A stretch of 64,000 nt of DNA, from the NCBI GenBank assembly GCA_977016875.1, contig CDRNST010000013.1, forward strand, positions 682,001 to 746,000, given 5' to 3'. The notes under the pieces were generated by a model. It did not search any database and was not told where the DNA came from. It was given only the letters and a program-made list of their open reading frames with translations. This DNA is from Pavona decussata. Taxonomy: Eukaryota. The position numbers were made by a program, and so were the translations under genes. Each line of letters starts with the position of its first letter. The stretch's first letter is position 1. This document shows positions 19,739-33,400 of the stretch, in pieces.

Positions 19739-22364
19739 GATAATAACATGGGCAGTTGAGACAAAGATGGTGGGCTGGAAGCTCCTTAGTGCCCAGTCCC
19801 AACCTCAGCCTTGTTTAGTCTTCTCCCCTCAGTCCTCCCATTGGGCTATCATTTTTCGTGATCGGAACATAGCGAGGAACGCATCGAAACAACACTTACA
19901 AGACGTGTATTTTGTTTTCACCTTGTTTTATTTTTAAACATTACAAATTACAAAGTAGTTACTGGTCCTGTGACTAGTGGTTCTAAGTGTCTACTAGTCC
20001 AAAATCATTTTACACTAGTCCACGACTAGTGGACTACCGCTAAGGTCAAGCACTGTATTGGTTTTGAAGGTGATTCAGCAAATATGGTTTGACGCGTAAA
20101 GGAAAAGGTCCTCCTGGGAAATAGGGAGCAAATTAATTATGTGTGGCTGTTAATATTTACCAAAGAAACTAGCGGAATTTCGGAATGAAATAGTATAGTA
20201 AATGATGGTAAAGAAATGCAGCGAATTCTACTCACCAAAAAACAGCAAAACAATCTACACGGACACACTAAAACGAAAAAAAAAAAAAGATTCCCTGACT
20301 GGTCGCTTATTGACTTACTTGATAATGTGTACAATAACCAAGCGAAGCAATTACAACCAAATCTTCCAGGAAAAAAAAACAGCACGCTTTCTTGACCGAC
20401 CGCCTATTAAAGTAATTTTTGGTTAAAGGGTGAGTAAATCACATAGTTGATCGACCTCTCAGTACATGAAAATTCAACTGAAGAGGTAAAGATAAAAGGC
20501 ATAAATTAAACCAATATTGATAACTAACAAGTCAAAGGGCCTTCTGGTAGGCCATAATTTGCCCCTAATGTACAATTTGCCTCGCTTTGCATTACAGCTG
20601 CAGGTCTTATTGTGCAATTTTCCTTGAGGATACGATCGTAAGCAACCTGCAGCTCTGACATAATCAACACATTACTATTCTTTAAAGCTATCTCAGTTGT
20701 GGTTAGGAACTCTATTTTTGCTGTGATTTCTGCAGCTATTAAAGTTCTTGATGATGTAGCAGCAGTCGATGGCTAACGAAGCACAGTGGAAACGTTATTT
20801 CCCTAGCACTTTTATGATTCTTAATTTCAATTGCATGGGCATCTTTCAAATTCCACTGCGGTAGACAGTTTAACTCAAAGCTTATCATTGCCTGAAATTT
20901 CGATGGCATCATTAACATGAGTTCCCAGCAGATTTGCTGCTAACAGTTTTGAGAGTTTCTCAAACCCTGTGGCCTTTACACAGAAAAAAAACACGTCTCT
21001 GTTGTATGAGGTAGGTAGTCTTTGAATGTGTGAGCTGAGGTGTTGAAAGCTGGCTTGTTTTTCTTCTTTGCTCATTCGGACCACCCAGTTTTCGTTAGTA
21101 CCTTAAACAAGACGTGTTTATTTCACTCTGCTGTAATGATAAGTAACTGAATTATCGAATTACCCTAGTAAATAATATGGTACTAGGGGTTCCATTTTAA
21201 GTGAAGTGCTGCCCCATGTAGAAAGATGAAGGGCTTGGACACTAAATGATATATTCGAAAAAAAGAGAGTAAATTAATGATGTGTAAATAAGCAAGTTTG
21301 AAGTTGAATTCTATTGTATTTGTTATTTAAGCTTGTTACTTGACAGATGAGTTTCATGATACTCATGGAAGAACATTGTCTTCCCCTGGATTACTCACTT
21401 AACGATCCCTACCCTGATGAATACTTCCTAAAATACTTCAATTTACACTTAACATGACAAGCTAGTGAGTATCTAACCGGTAGTCATTCCCTTCGCACTA
21501 ACTTTCAACCTTCCATCAACAGAATGATTATCAAGTCGAATATCAAAGCACAAGGTCACAGATTCAAGTTTGTCAATCATAAATTCACTGATCAGAGAAT
21601 TTCTATGCAGTGGGGCCTGGGAACTGCTAACAAACAACGAAACAGCAAGCTTAAGGTTGAGCTTCAGAACAGAATTAGAAAGCAGCTCTGTGCGAGCAGC
21701 AATAATTGCAATACGAGAAAAAAATGAAGATATCCTTTTTAAGCTCATCTCTTTGATCTGTTCATCACGCCGGAATGAGTTGCTTCTTGATAGCATTTTT
21801 GTTGCCACGCTGCTGCTTTTACTTTTAGCTTCTAGGAATTGAAGTCTTTTAGATTAGCCCAGAGCTTGATGTACTTTGTTTCCCTTAACTAGCTCTTGCA
21901 CTACTCAGCAAGAAGAATTTTGGACAAGTTCATCTTCCCTTTTTTAATTGGGTAACTAAACACAGACTGAAATTCATAGATGGATGGTTGGTTTCCATCG
22001 CGGAACGTGCATATTCACAGATCTATATGGTCTGCAAGTCAAAATGGTGGGCCTAAATTTCAAGGAAAACTACCTCTGACCAAGATACCGTAAAGAAGTG
22101 CCCAGGCTCTCTCTCCGAGGTGAGAAGATTTTCAAATACACTTTTGTTATAAACCTTATTGTAAGTATTCTCAGCAATAAACATGAACTATTAAGTTGCT
22201 TAACTAGAAAAGAGGCATATGATATCCCTTCAACAGGAAAAATTAAGGCTGTCCTAAAAATAATAAATTTTACCTTTTCGTTGAAAGATGCAAGAAATAA
22301 ACGCAAAAAAGGAATGGTGACATATAAAAACAAACAAGGTTGACAGAACCTCATTTCCATATTA

Positions 22365-22652
22365 CAATGGAGGACAAAACTCTAAGGACAATTAACACGT
22401 TTTGCTTTAATTTCTCCCCCTTTCCCCCTCGCCCCCAAGCAATGTTGTAGTTTGTGCAGCCCTGTACACTTTACCCTGTTCTAAAACTGTTTCTTCATCC
22501 CAACATTGTTTGGAGGGGGGTAGGGGAGGGCTATTCGCAGTGTCCACGTGGTTAGAGAAGTGCATGTTATGCTACGTCTGATTATTTGATAAGTGGAGAA
22601 TGTGGAAGGAAGGCCTTTCCATAACCGTTCCAAGTTTTTTTGTCCTCCATTG
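22365..22652. mobile_element. MITE, ~290 bp
   Basis: TIR CAATGGAGGACAAAA / TTTTGTCCTCCATTG; inner inverted pair CCCC..CAATGTTG / CAACATTG..GGGG. Confidence 0.65.
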
Positions 22653-22997
22653 TCTGAACAATATTCCAGGTGTTACCACGAAATTTGGTAGGAAGTTTTT
22701 TAGTCAAAAGTTGAGAGACCAGTATTCTTTGTTTCTGTTTTTAAAAGTAGGCTATGTCAGGTATCTTATTGTGTGCGTGTTTTGAAAACGAGTCGGAGGT
22801 GGGGGCAGGTAGGGGAACAGCATGGTGTGATATATGATATAAAGAGTCATGTCGTTTCGTTATATTATCATTATCTATTTGCTTTTTGTCTTAATCCCAT
22901 CGTTATCAATGCAAAAGGGAGTGATTTTAATTCAAATTCTAAGAATGTCTGGTTTTCATGCCTGAAAACTGGTCATTGTATCCAGAGGTATAATAGT

Positions 22998-25816
22998 TAG
23001 GGGTGTAACGATTCATGTTCCTTTCGATTCGATTCGATTTCGATTATTGCCTTTCGGTTTCGATTATTTCGATTCGATTATGCAAAATATTAATGATTTT
23101 TAATTCTTGCAAGATGATACACAATGTAAACAACATACAACCCTAAACTCTCAATGTGAGGCTACAATAGTAACAGGAACATTATTAATCTATTTCAAGA
23201 ATGCAATAAAAAATAAAAAACATGCAATTTGTCAGTGTTTTTCTTTGAGTTCTTTCTAGAATCTAGATCTAGTGCACTCTCATATTTTTCTTTAAAAAAG
23301 TAACTTGTCTACATGGTCACTATGCAAACATGACCTCTGAGCAGACACAATGTCCCCTGCAGAAGAGAAAACTCTCTCACTGGCCACTGATGTGGCAGGG
23401 ACACATAGATATTTTTTGGCCAACTTTGACAAAATGGGATATTGCAGCTCATTTGCTTCTCACCACAACAATGGATTAGAGTTCAAAGGCATGGTTTCTT
23501 CAACTTTGTAATTAGCCAACTCTGACTCAACTAACTGCAACACTGACTTCCCAGGACGAACTTTAGTTATAAAAGCATCTCCAAAAAGATCATCCAAGGC
23601 AGATTTCCTTTTCTTTTCTGGTGGAGGATCACTTGTGAGGACAACAGTTGTCTCCCCACTGGAATTTGAATGTTCACCCTCCAGAGTTGGTAGACTTGGC
23701 AAATTGGGCAGCTGTGGCTGTCCCTGCACACTAGGCTGGTCTGCTTCACTCTTCACCTATGAACAGAAAAACACTCTATTATCATTTAATACGTTTGTAA
23801 CTCAACTCAGTACTGTCAGTACAAGCAGTAAATGTTGGCTTATAAAAATTTCCAATTTTTACGAACCTGAACTGAATTTTGTTGTTGCTCATTCAGTGAG
23901 ACTGCTTTCAAGGTAAGTGCAGTGTAGACATCTAGTTTCTCGGTTTCATCAAGATATGGGATGGATCTAAACCTTGGATCTAAACAGGAACTCTCCTTCA
24001 GAAACTGCAATGTGTCAAGGTCTGTATATCTAGAATATGAGAACAATTTGTAAACTACATTTTGCACCTCAAATAGCACTTCAGCATGTTTATTTGAGAC
24101 AGAATACTCAACAAAAACCTTTATTGAGAAGATTCTTTGTAATTTGGATATAATAATAATTATTTAATCTGTAGACATACTAGACAAACAGTTGTTTCCA
24201 AACCTAGCATCCAAATCCTTTGCTATAGCTGTTTTCACTTCTTTAACAAGCATAATGTCATCATCTGAAACTTTCAACTGCTGAATCAGCATCTCCTTCA
24301 GAGGGTGATTCATGGATACTGTAGGCGTCTTCTCATCACAAAGGATAGTAGTAATAGTCTTGATTGGTCCCAGTACTTTGATGACACTCTGCTGCAGAGA
24401 TGTCATTTTCTGACAAAAAATGAACATCTTTGGCATTTTTCTTGACATCTTTTGTCAAGAAGACAGCTTCAATTGCTGCCTGTTGCTCTAAAAACCGCTG
24501 CACCATGTCATATGAGGAGTTCCACATAGTTGGTACATCATTTATCAACTGGTGTTGTGGCAATTCCAATAAAGCTTGTTTTGATTTCAAAACTGCCATA
24601 GCTGTTGTGCTCCTGTGGAAAAAGCTTGCTATGCGCCTTATCCTTCCAAGAAGCCTGTCCATTTGAGATACCTTAAGTCCTTTTTGGGTTGCCAGATTGA
24701 TTGTATGGGCCACACATCCAACATGTGGTGAAAGTTCAGCTTGCTTTGCAGCATTCACTATATTGCTTGCATTGTCAAATGTCAGAGATGGATTCTGTTC
24801 ATATCTTTGTAAATTCCACTCAGATATAGCAGAAGTCAGTATTTTTGATAAGTTTTCCGATGTATGTGACTCATCCATTCTTCTTGTTTGCAAAACATAG
24901 TTTTTAATGTTCCATTCTTGGATGAAATGTGCTGTAACTGTTATGTAGCTTTCGGTTGATCTAGATGTCCATCCATCATTTGTTAAAGCCACGAACTCGG
25001 CACTTTTAAGGTCTGATTCGACTTCTGCTTTGACTTCTTCGTAAAGTTTAGGTATCACCTTCTCAGAAAAATGAACTCTGCTTGGTAAGTCATACCTAGG
25101 CTCCAGAACGTTGATCATGTGTTGAAACCCTTTATTTTCCACAACTGAATAGGGCCTCATGTCCTTTGCAATGAAAACTCCAATAGACTTCGTTATTGCC
25201 GTTGCTCTGTTGCCCGACCGCGGCAACTTATTTTTCAGAACATCCTGAATTTTTGACTGTCCAGGTGCAGTACTGTTTTTGATACCCGCCGTCTTTGACT
25301 GCAACACTTCCGTCTTTTCATCAATACTGTGTTGACTTTTTAAGTGCGCGCTCATGCTCGAGGTCGAACCGGCACAATACTTGAAAGTTGCGAAGCAAAT
25401 TTTTCAGATAGTTTTTGACTTGTCTGTTGTTCCGTCTTTAGTCGGAAAACCATTATATTTCCACACTGCGGATCGAAAAGAAGCAGGCGGATTCACAATC
25501 GCTTGCTGATTCGTTGCCATGTTTGAGAAAGTGACAATGAGCACGCACATGGTTTGCCTTATTGGAAATTCTCAAGGGGTGGTAGAGGGGCAACATTTTT
25601 ACCAAGCAACATGGCACCAGAACTGCAAGTTAGCATCTTTGATGGATTGTCAATGAAAAACGCACATCTTATTGAGATCTGGATGCTAAGTTTACAATAT
25701 AATGACTCACTGAGGGCACTTTTGGAAAGGTATACAAAAAATCGAACCAAAATCGAAACGTGGAATCAAATAATCGTGAATCGAACCGAACGGTCATAAT
25801 CGCTGTTACACCCCTG
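22998..25816 (-). mobile_element. hAT (Ac/ZBED1-like) DNA transposon, full length
   Basis: TIR TAGGGGTGTAAC / GTTACACCCCTG, perfect 8-bp TSD ATAATAGT (22990-22997, 25817-25824), subterminal TCGAT/ATCGA repeats. Confidence 0.95.
23269..25520 (-). pseudogene. ZBED1-like hAT transposase with two predicted introns, disrupted
   Basis: BED finger (SAVWKY..I*KIC..HLKSQH), DMRPYSVVE, DGWTS, CVAHTINL, WNS, CLDPRF, PATSVASERVFS; stops and a frameshift near 24390. Confidence 0.9.
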
Positions 25817-25926
25817 ATAATAGTGGGTGGGGAAGGGGCATGTGGTGCGAAATTCGTTCCAAGGCTCAGCGCATTTTTCTAACGGTTTTTGGCCGTAGCA
25901 TGATATTCGCCGTCGCAGAGTAAAAA

Positions 25927-27163
25927 TGGAATGTCGGCAAGCTGGGAGACAAAGCGGATGTTGTTAAGTTTCCCTTTAAAGAAAGTTTTTCCAATGCAGT
26001 ATTACAAGCTTGGCAGAATTTTTGGCGTTAGAGTTGTACAGTGGGTAACGTGAATTGAGGCTCATCACAATGCAGATAATGCCGAAAATGGGCAGGAGAT
26101 GAATCTATACCATTATCACATGGCGATCAAACTGAAAAAGAGGGTCCGGTGGTTTCACACCACGTACTACAGCGCATACCGTTACGTCACGAAAGAAGAC
26201 GACAACGCTTTTCACTCGCCTTGCCATCCAGATTTAACCGATGTTCCTCCTCAAACTCAATCTGCTGTGGCCACGAAAAAGAGGAAAGCGAAGGCCAAGC
26301 AACAGCGCCGGTAATCTAAGAAAGAGGAGGTGATCGCTTGAGCGCTTTTGACGTGTGTCAGCTGGTGCAAGCGAAATCCATAAGCTCACGCTTAGAGCTG
26401 GTGTCCCTAGCGGCGGCTAAAGTTAGAGAAGGGAAAACCGCGTTGGCCAAATTTATTGCCAACCGGGGAAGTAAAGCGGTTGATGAAGCGATTCAGTTAG
26501 CAAACAAATTTGCCGAGGCAAAACTCGTTTAAATCGGTCTAAAAAAAAACGCATTGAACTGCTAGAAGAGGAGCTGACCGGCGAGCGCATTGAGGGTTGT
26601 GAAGGGAGATGGCTTACACCTGCGGAACAGTTACTCCAGCGCCACGACATCGAAAATCGTTCATTTTGCAATGCGATTTACAGTGCACTGGAAAAAGGTA
26701 GAGGGACGTTTGGCAATGTACATACATGGTCCTGCAAATTGCGGGAAATCTTTTATTGTATTGCCATTGAAAGTTCACGTCACGTTTTCATTTGCCTGGA
26801 TAGGTGCTGAAAAAGCCGAAATTATATATCTTAACGATTTTCAGTGGCATGCTAAAATCATCGCCTGGGCCGAATTTCTGCAAGCTCTAGAAGGGGATAC
26901 AGTTCACTTACTGGTGCCCAAAAATTTATGTAGCAAGGATATTGAGCTATCAAAAGACACCCCGTTTTTTGCGACCTCGGATGCCCCATTGGTGCTAGTG
27001 AAAGGGGGTGTGATCGACCGCGTGAATACAGAAATGATGAACTACTGATAAGTTTTTTTCCATTTCTGGAAGCAAATACCACATGCAGAACAGGAGGATA
27101 TCCCCCCCCCCCCCGTGTAGATTTTGCTTCGCAAAATTTATTTTGCGTGATGTGCGCGGCTGA
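25927..27163 (+). pseudogene. HUH Rep endonuclease fused to superfamily-3 helicase (CRESS/parvovirus Rep-like), decayed
   Basis: HUH motif YHYHMAIKL, motif III YRYVTKED, Walker A GPANCGKS, Walker B-like IIYLNDF, motif C-like PFFATS; multiple stops and frameshifts. Confidence 0.75.
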
Positions 27164-27449
27164 TGTGACCCCTCTTTACCTTGCGTGACTAGAACTGGTC
27201 ATTTGAAAGACAACTGTTGTCACAGTTCTCACGTACAGTTATCGGTTTTAGATAAGGAATTATACACAGACAACGATTTTTGCAACAGTTCTCGCCTTAA
27301 ACTAATAAAGAAATGAAATGTAAACAATGTTCTTTTTAAATGTTTAACCCGAGAACTGTTGAAAATCACAAAAGCCATCTGCCTTATGCATTACTTGTAC
27401 AACATTCAGTGGTAATGAAACATTTTATTACTGTTTTTATACAGCTTGA

Positions 27450-30400
27450 TAGTCCGGTAGCTAGGGTCAGAAATTTTGAGTTTCGTTCAACCCACGAGTC
27501 AGAAAAGGTTTGACACCGGATTTTGATGGAACAAGACCTCCTGATTAATGCCAGCTAGTTTGTAATGTCGAATTGTGGTATAGGTTCCGAGTTAAGAGTA
27601 TGTTTTATTGCGCACCCCACGAGATTAGCATGAAAACGAGGCCAGTTCCCTTATCAGAGTTTACTTCTTTACTTATTGATTAAAATTATCACAAACGGCT
27701 AGTAAACCATTGTAATAATAAATAAAGCTATGTGAGGCAATGGTGTCGATAAAACGTATCACGTGACTGATCACGTGACTAATATAAGGCCAAGATGTTG
27801 TCTAGAAATAAATTAAAATGGTGTCTCCATTGCTTTAGAATCGTAAATGTGAAATTTATAGGTTTCAATGATTGTATTTGTTCAGTTTTAACTATTTTCT
27901 ATCATTTCATCTAACAAGGATACATTTCTAGGTCACAATTTGGCTATAACATCAGCTTTCCCTCAGGTTTTGAATTAACATGAAAACAAGGCTGATGAAG
28001 TAGTAAGCATTTCTCCCCTATTTCTTGGCCAAAGTCAATCGTGACATAATAGAAGTTGAACCACTACTGAATTCAAGTTATACTATTTATTTTTACAGCA
28101 TCTGGTGTCACATGATTGATCACGTGTCAAAGGTTTTAAACCACATTGTCTTAATTCAGATATAATATTATCACGTCATTGGCTAGTGGTTGGCGTACGC
28201 GTGTGGTTTTCTAAACGCTTTTCACACTTTTTACACTAAAAGCTAGTAGTACTTGGATGTGAACCTTCATCACTGTTTGAAACTGGAAATACACCCCAGT
28301 ACTGTTGCCACATAAAAAAGAATACAGTCACATTTGAGCTTCCCCTTCTCCTCAGAAAGGGAAGCTAACTTAATAAACAAAATAATACTCAACAACAAAA
28401 GGAAAAAAACAGCACAACGTTGTATTTGAAGTTTTCCATTAACGTAGTATAGTTAAGAGTGACTGAGAGTAAGTGTACGCTCTTTCAGACTTGAAAATGA
28501 GGCTGGTGGGCCTCATGTCTATGATTCACCAGATCGAGGCTGTCAAATCCAACATGGCGGCCTCTATGGCCGGATCTCTACTGTGTCTGTAAGTACATTA
28601 CTATTTCTTTTCTTTCCCTTTTCGTTCTAAAATTATTGTTTTTTACCATTATGTAGTCTTTCTAAATATCAATATTTTCCATTAATTCTATCATGTTTAC
28701 ATTTTAGTGTTTAAAACTGTTTTATGTTGTATTTTGTGTCAGCCATTATGGATAGCCTGTGTGAAGAGCCTAGTGAAGTAAAAACTGCTGATGGCTTCGA
28801 TGTGCCACTCCCCCCAGCCTTCAAGAAACGAAAACTGAGTTTAAGTTCCTGTGTTAGAGAGGCAGAAACACACTGTGAAGAAAGGCCTGTGAAAGATGAT
28901 AGAGTGTCTCGTTCTGCAAAATGCCCAGTAGATTGGTCAAAATGCTTCATATGTAAGAACAAAACATACAAGAAAGTAAAGGAGTTGATAAATGTGTGTA
29001 CATTTGATGCATGTCAAAGCAAAAAGAAAGCAGCGGAAAGTAAAGGTGACGAGGACATGCTGCATGCTCTTCGTAGTATAAATGACGATCTCATAGCAGT
29101 GGAAGCTAAATACCACAAAAACTGCTTTGCTTTATATGTAACCAAGAAGACCTTGCATCAACATGAGAATGAGCAAAGTGAATCTCCACATGAAAGCGCG
29201 TTCCGGGAGATGACTAAAGAGATTTCCCCAGGACTGGATCAAGGAAAAGCCTATGACATGGGTTCGCTACTTACCAGGTACCGTGAAATCTTGGATGAAA
29301 AAGAAGTCCAAGGAGACAGCTACACAACGCAACGTCTGAAAGTACGCTTGGAGAAGCATTTTGGGGACAGCATAGTCTTTCACCAACAGACTGACAGAAC
29401 TAAACCAGAGCTCCTCTATTCTTCCAGCATACAAGTTCAGGATGTTCTAAATGGATGGGCGCATTTAAACTAAGCAAAGGAAAGAGAAAAAGGAGAGGAT
29501 AAAGATGAAACAAAAGAAAGAGATATTGCTCGTGTGGCAAGTTACATTAAAGCCGAGATAAGGAAATGCAAAGGCATCACGTCCAGGCCACTTGATGTGA
29601 GAGACATTAGCCAAGAGTCAACAAGAGAAGTCATACCAGACTCCCTGTATTGGCTAATACGTTTAATCATTAGCCCTGACGACAAGAAGTTTTCAGACAG
29701 ATCAAGCATGTGTACCAACATGATAGACGAACGACAGGTTCTGAGCATTGCACAAAACATCGTCCATTGTTGCACAAATGGTCGTGTGAAGCTTCCAAAG
29801 CACACAAGTCTGGGTATGTGTGTTTACCACCTGACATCATCGAGAAATCTTGTAACACTGTTAAACAGGATGGGACATTGTTGTTCCTATGATGAGATGC
29901 GGGCTGTGGACACAAGCATTGCGTTACAAGTACTAGCTCACGCAGAAGAACATGGGACTGTAATTCCCTCAAATATTTCACCTGGTCCTCTTGTGCAAAT
30001 CGCCGCAGACAACAATGACTTTACTGAAGAGACACTAGACGGAAAGAACACAACACATGCTACGACCATGGTGGTGTACCAAAGGAAGGCTTTTGGTCCA
30101 GCTCCACTTCCAAAGGTACTTGCAGACCATGCGACTAGGAGGCGATCCCTACAGACAAGTTCCAGTTTGTACCAGGCACAAGAATATTCTGCACATGGTA
30201 GACGGCCTGCTGTTTCTTCCTATGTTGACCTGGTTAAGCAGGACTGGTACAAATGTGACAACGAGATCTTCTCTAAAGCGAGTCGTACCGATGGGATCTG
30301 GGCACTACTTCGACTACACCCAGCAAAATTCCGCGAAGCTTTGAATGCAGAAATAGGAGAGAAGCAGGCTCTTCCAAGCTGGAGTGGTTTCAATGCGATT

Positions 30401-33400
30401 CTCTTTCCTGACATGCCACAAGAAAGTAACATTGGCTATTGTCTAATGATAGATGGCGACTCAACTGAATTTAGTACCATCTACACAGTTCTAAAGCACG
30501 CTCAGATGATCAGCACCACCTTGGGTCAAGAGGACACTGTTATCACCTTTGACCTCCTGATATACATGAAAGCCAAGCAAATCCAGTTCAGGTTTCCCGA
30601 TGAGTTTTCTGATGTCATTCGATTGGGAGGTTTCCATATTGCGTTGAATTTTCTTTCACTGGTCGGAAAGAAATACCTCAACTCAGGACTTGACGATCTT
30701 TTCATAGAGTCCGGGGTATATGCTGCTGATACTACGTCTGCTTTAATGAAAGGCAAGTCCTATAACCGTGGAGTACAAGCACACAAGTTGGCTATGGAGG
30801 CCTTCTTTTGGCTCATGTGGATGTCCTTTGTTCAGTGGTACAACGTCTGTCATGCAGAGGTACAGATTGAAGAAGAGGATCTGTTACAGAAAATTGCCGA
30901 TGGCATCAGTGTGGTAGAGCAGAAGGGCGATGTATCACAGAAGGTTCAGCAACTGCAAGAGGAACTTGGCGAACTAGCAACCTTACTTGAAGTCTTCAAA
31001 TCACAAGCAAGAGCCAAGTTCAAGATGTTTGCATTCTGGGAACAGTACGGCGACATGATCAACATTCTCTTACAGTTCATCAAGGCAGAACGAACAGGGA
31101 ACTGGGACTTGCATCTGTCCGCTGTCACAACCATGGTTCCCCACTTTTTTGCCCTGGACAGGCCTAACTATGCGCGATGGTTACCGGTGTATCTTGCAGA
31201 CATGAATCAGCTCGAGTCGAAACACCCCAAGGTGCATCAGGAGTTCATTGTTGGGAATCATTCTATTAGCCGCTCTGGTCAGTCATTTTCTCAAGTTTCT
31301 ACAGACATGGCTCTTGAACAGTCCATCAATGCCGATTCAAAGTCAAAAGGTGGAATTGTTGGGATAACGTAAAGTCCAGCAGCCCTTAACAGGTGGTTTC
31401 TAACTGCCCACGAGCGAGCGTCAATCACCACAGCTCTGAAAGAAATGTATGGACTTCAAGACAGCGACAAAGTCCCACATAAGGAACCAGCACCAAAGAG
31501 GGTACGGATGATGTCAGGAAGCTGGTGAAATGCTTTACCTCAGGATTAATGACCAACCCTTTCAGTGTAGATACAGAGTCCATTGTAAACTTTGCCACCG
31601 GCATCGTTCTACCTTCAGATGTTGCAGAAGGTCTTGTGAGTAGTACGGAGAAAGGTCTGGAGAAAATGACAACATTTGTAGAGAAGCGTGTCAACACAAA
31701 CGTTGTAAATTTTTGGGACCCTGTTCCAAGCTTGAAAGTGAAGACCTTCAGTTCCATGGCAAAGAGGATGAATGTCAAGGCTGCAGACGACAAGCTCATC
31801 ACTGTTAAAGCAGACAGGGACCTCTTTGGAAGGCTTCTCATTGCTCTGAATGCACGGCGCATAATGCATGCATATCAAGATGGAAGCCTTTGGAAAACCA
31901 CGAAGAGTGTTCTGTCATCCATCATTGAGAAAGAGGTCAGTGTCGCCCCTCGCCTCCCTGTGTCATCACTAGAGACCGCCTATATCCTCGATGGAATGGC
32001 CATGGTGCAGATGACCAAGTCTGGCAGAGCAAGCACATTTGGTGATCTGGCCTTGAAGTATTTTACCATATTCACAGCGCCTTCACAACTCCAACTGTCT
32101 TGAATCTCACATTGTCTTTGACCAGTACATGGAGACCTCAATTAAAGCCGGAGAGCAATCAAGGAGGGGAGAATCTGCTGCTCTGGAAGTAGAGATAGGT
32201 GGTCCTTTGACTCCAGTGCCCAGGCAATGGGGAAAATTCATTTCCAACCCTCAGAACAAGGTCAACCTTTGTGACTACTTAATGAAATCACTGTGCAAGC
32301 TTCGACAAGAAAGGTTACCAGAGAACAAGAAACTGGTCATTGGAGGAGGTTTAAAGGACGGAGAAAGATGCGTGATGATTACAAGAGGCCACTGCTGTGA
32401 TATGCCAAATCTCAAGTCTGACCACGAGGAGGCGGATACCAGGTTACTTCTTCATGCCAAGTACGCATCCACTCCAGAAACACGGATCGTCATTCATTCT
32501 CCCAATACAGATGTTCTTGTACTGAGTGCAGCTCATTTTGACCGTCTTGGCTGCAAGGAACTGTGGTTTCGTACTGGCGTGAAAGATCGGCTCCGACTAA
32601 TTCCAGTACATAATGTCTCACAAGCATTGGGTCCGACCATGTGTGATGCTCTTCCCGCCCTCCATGCTCTAACTGGCTGTGATTCCACAAGCTCCCTTGC
32701 CGGCATTGGGAAGAGGAAAGCCTGGGATGTGCTAAGACGCAATCGTGCCCACCAGGACAGCTTGATTCTCTTTGGACAGACACAAGAACTGGATGTCACA
32801 ACAGCCGCCAAATGCGAGCAATTCGTATGTGACCTCTACGAGCTGACGAGCTGAGGTATCTTCTCTTTTGTTTGAAGAAACAGAAAAACGAGATGCTACC
32901 GCCAACCTCCGACAGTCTGCTACAGCTCATGAACCGTGCAAACTATCAGACATATATCTGGAGACACTCGCTTGATGCTATGCAAGATCTGAATTCACCA
33001 GAGGGACATGGATGGGAGAAAGAAGAAGATATCTTGAAACCAGTGCTAATGATAAAAGAGCCGGCACCGAAAAGTCTGCTGGAGCTCACTACCCGCCAGT
33101 GCAAGAAATCTGAATGCCGCACTAATTGTTCTTGTAACAATGCTGGCCTTTCATGTACGGAATCCTGTGTATGTATGGCAGATGAGAGATGCCAGAATCC
33201 ACATGGTGCACCATTATACAGCAGTGAGAGTGACAGTGAGAGTGATTCAGATTGAACGGGCTGATATTCGGCAAGCATAACCATCAAATACAGCTTCTCA
33301 TAGATGTTTAAAGGTATTAAGCTCACTACGTGTTCATTTGTAACCTTCATTTCTACGTTGTGGAAAAATGTTTGAAAAGAAAAGTAGTGAGGAAGCATGT

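Larger units (their letters stand above)
10466..20055 (-). mobile_element. hAT DNA transposon (ZNF862-like transposase, hAT5-like 5-bp TSD), interrupted by the YR retrotransposon
   Basis: 15-bp TIRs CAGTGCTCGACCTTA / TAAGGTCAAGCACTG (14/15), TATTG on both flanks (10461-10465, 20056-20060), and clustered ACTAGT subterminal motifs at both ends. Confidence 0.9.

Noticed and set aside
19439-25410. TGA recoding (Cys/Sec), since both hAT zinc-finger regions have TGA at probable Cys positions
   Set aside because: Both genes carry other stops and frameshifts, so single TGY>TGA substitutions suffice.
27589-27600. TTAA target duplication making the long-TIR element a Kolobok/piggyBac
   Set aside because: The inverted match extends beyond TTAA, so it is internal to the TIR, and the protein is Academ-like.
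28554-28742. Coding first exon for the Academ transposase (ATGGCGG...GTAAGT)
   Set aside because: Splicing to the acceptor at 28742 is out of frame with the main ORF; at most a non-coding or decayed exon.
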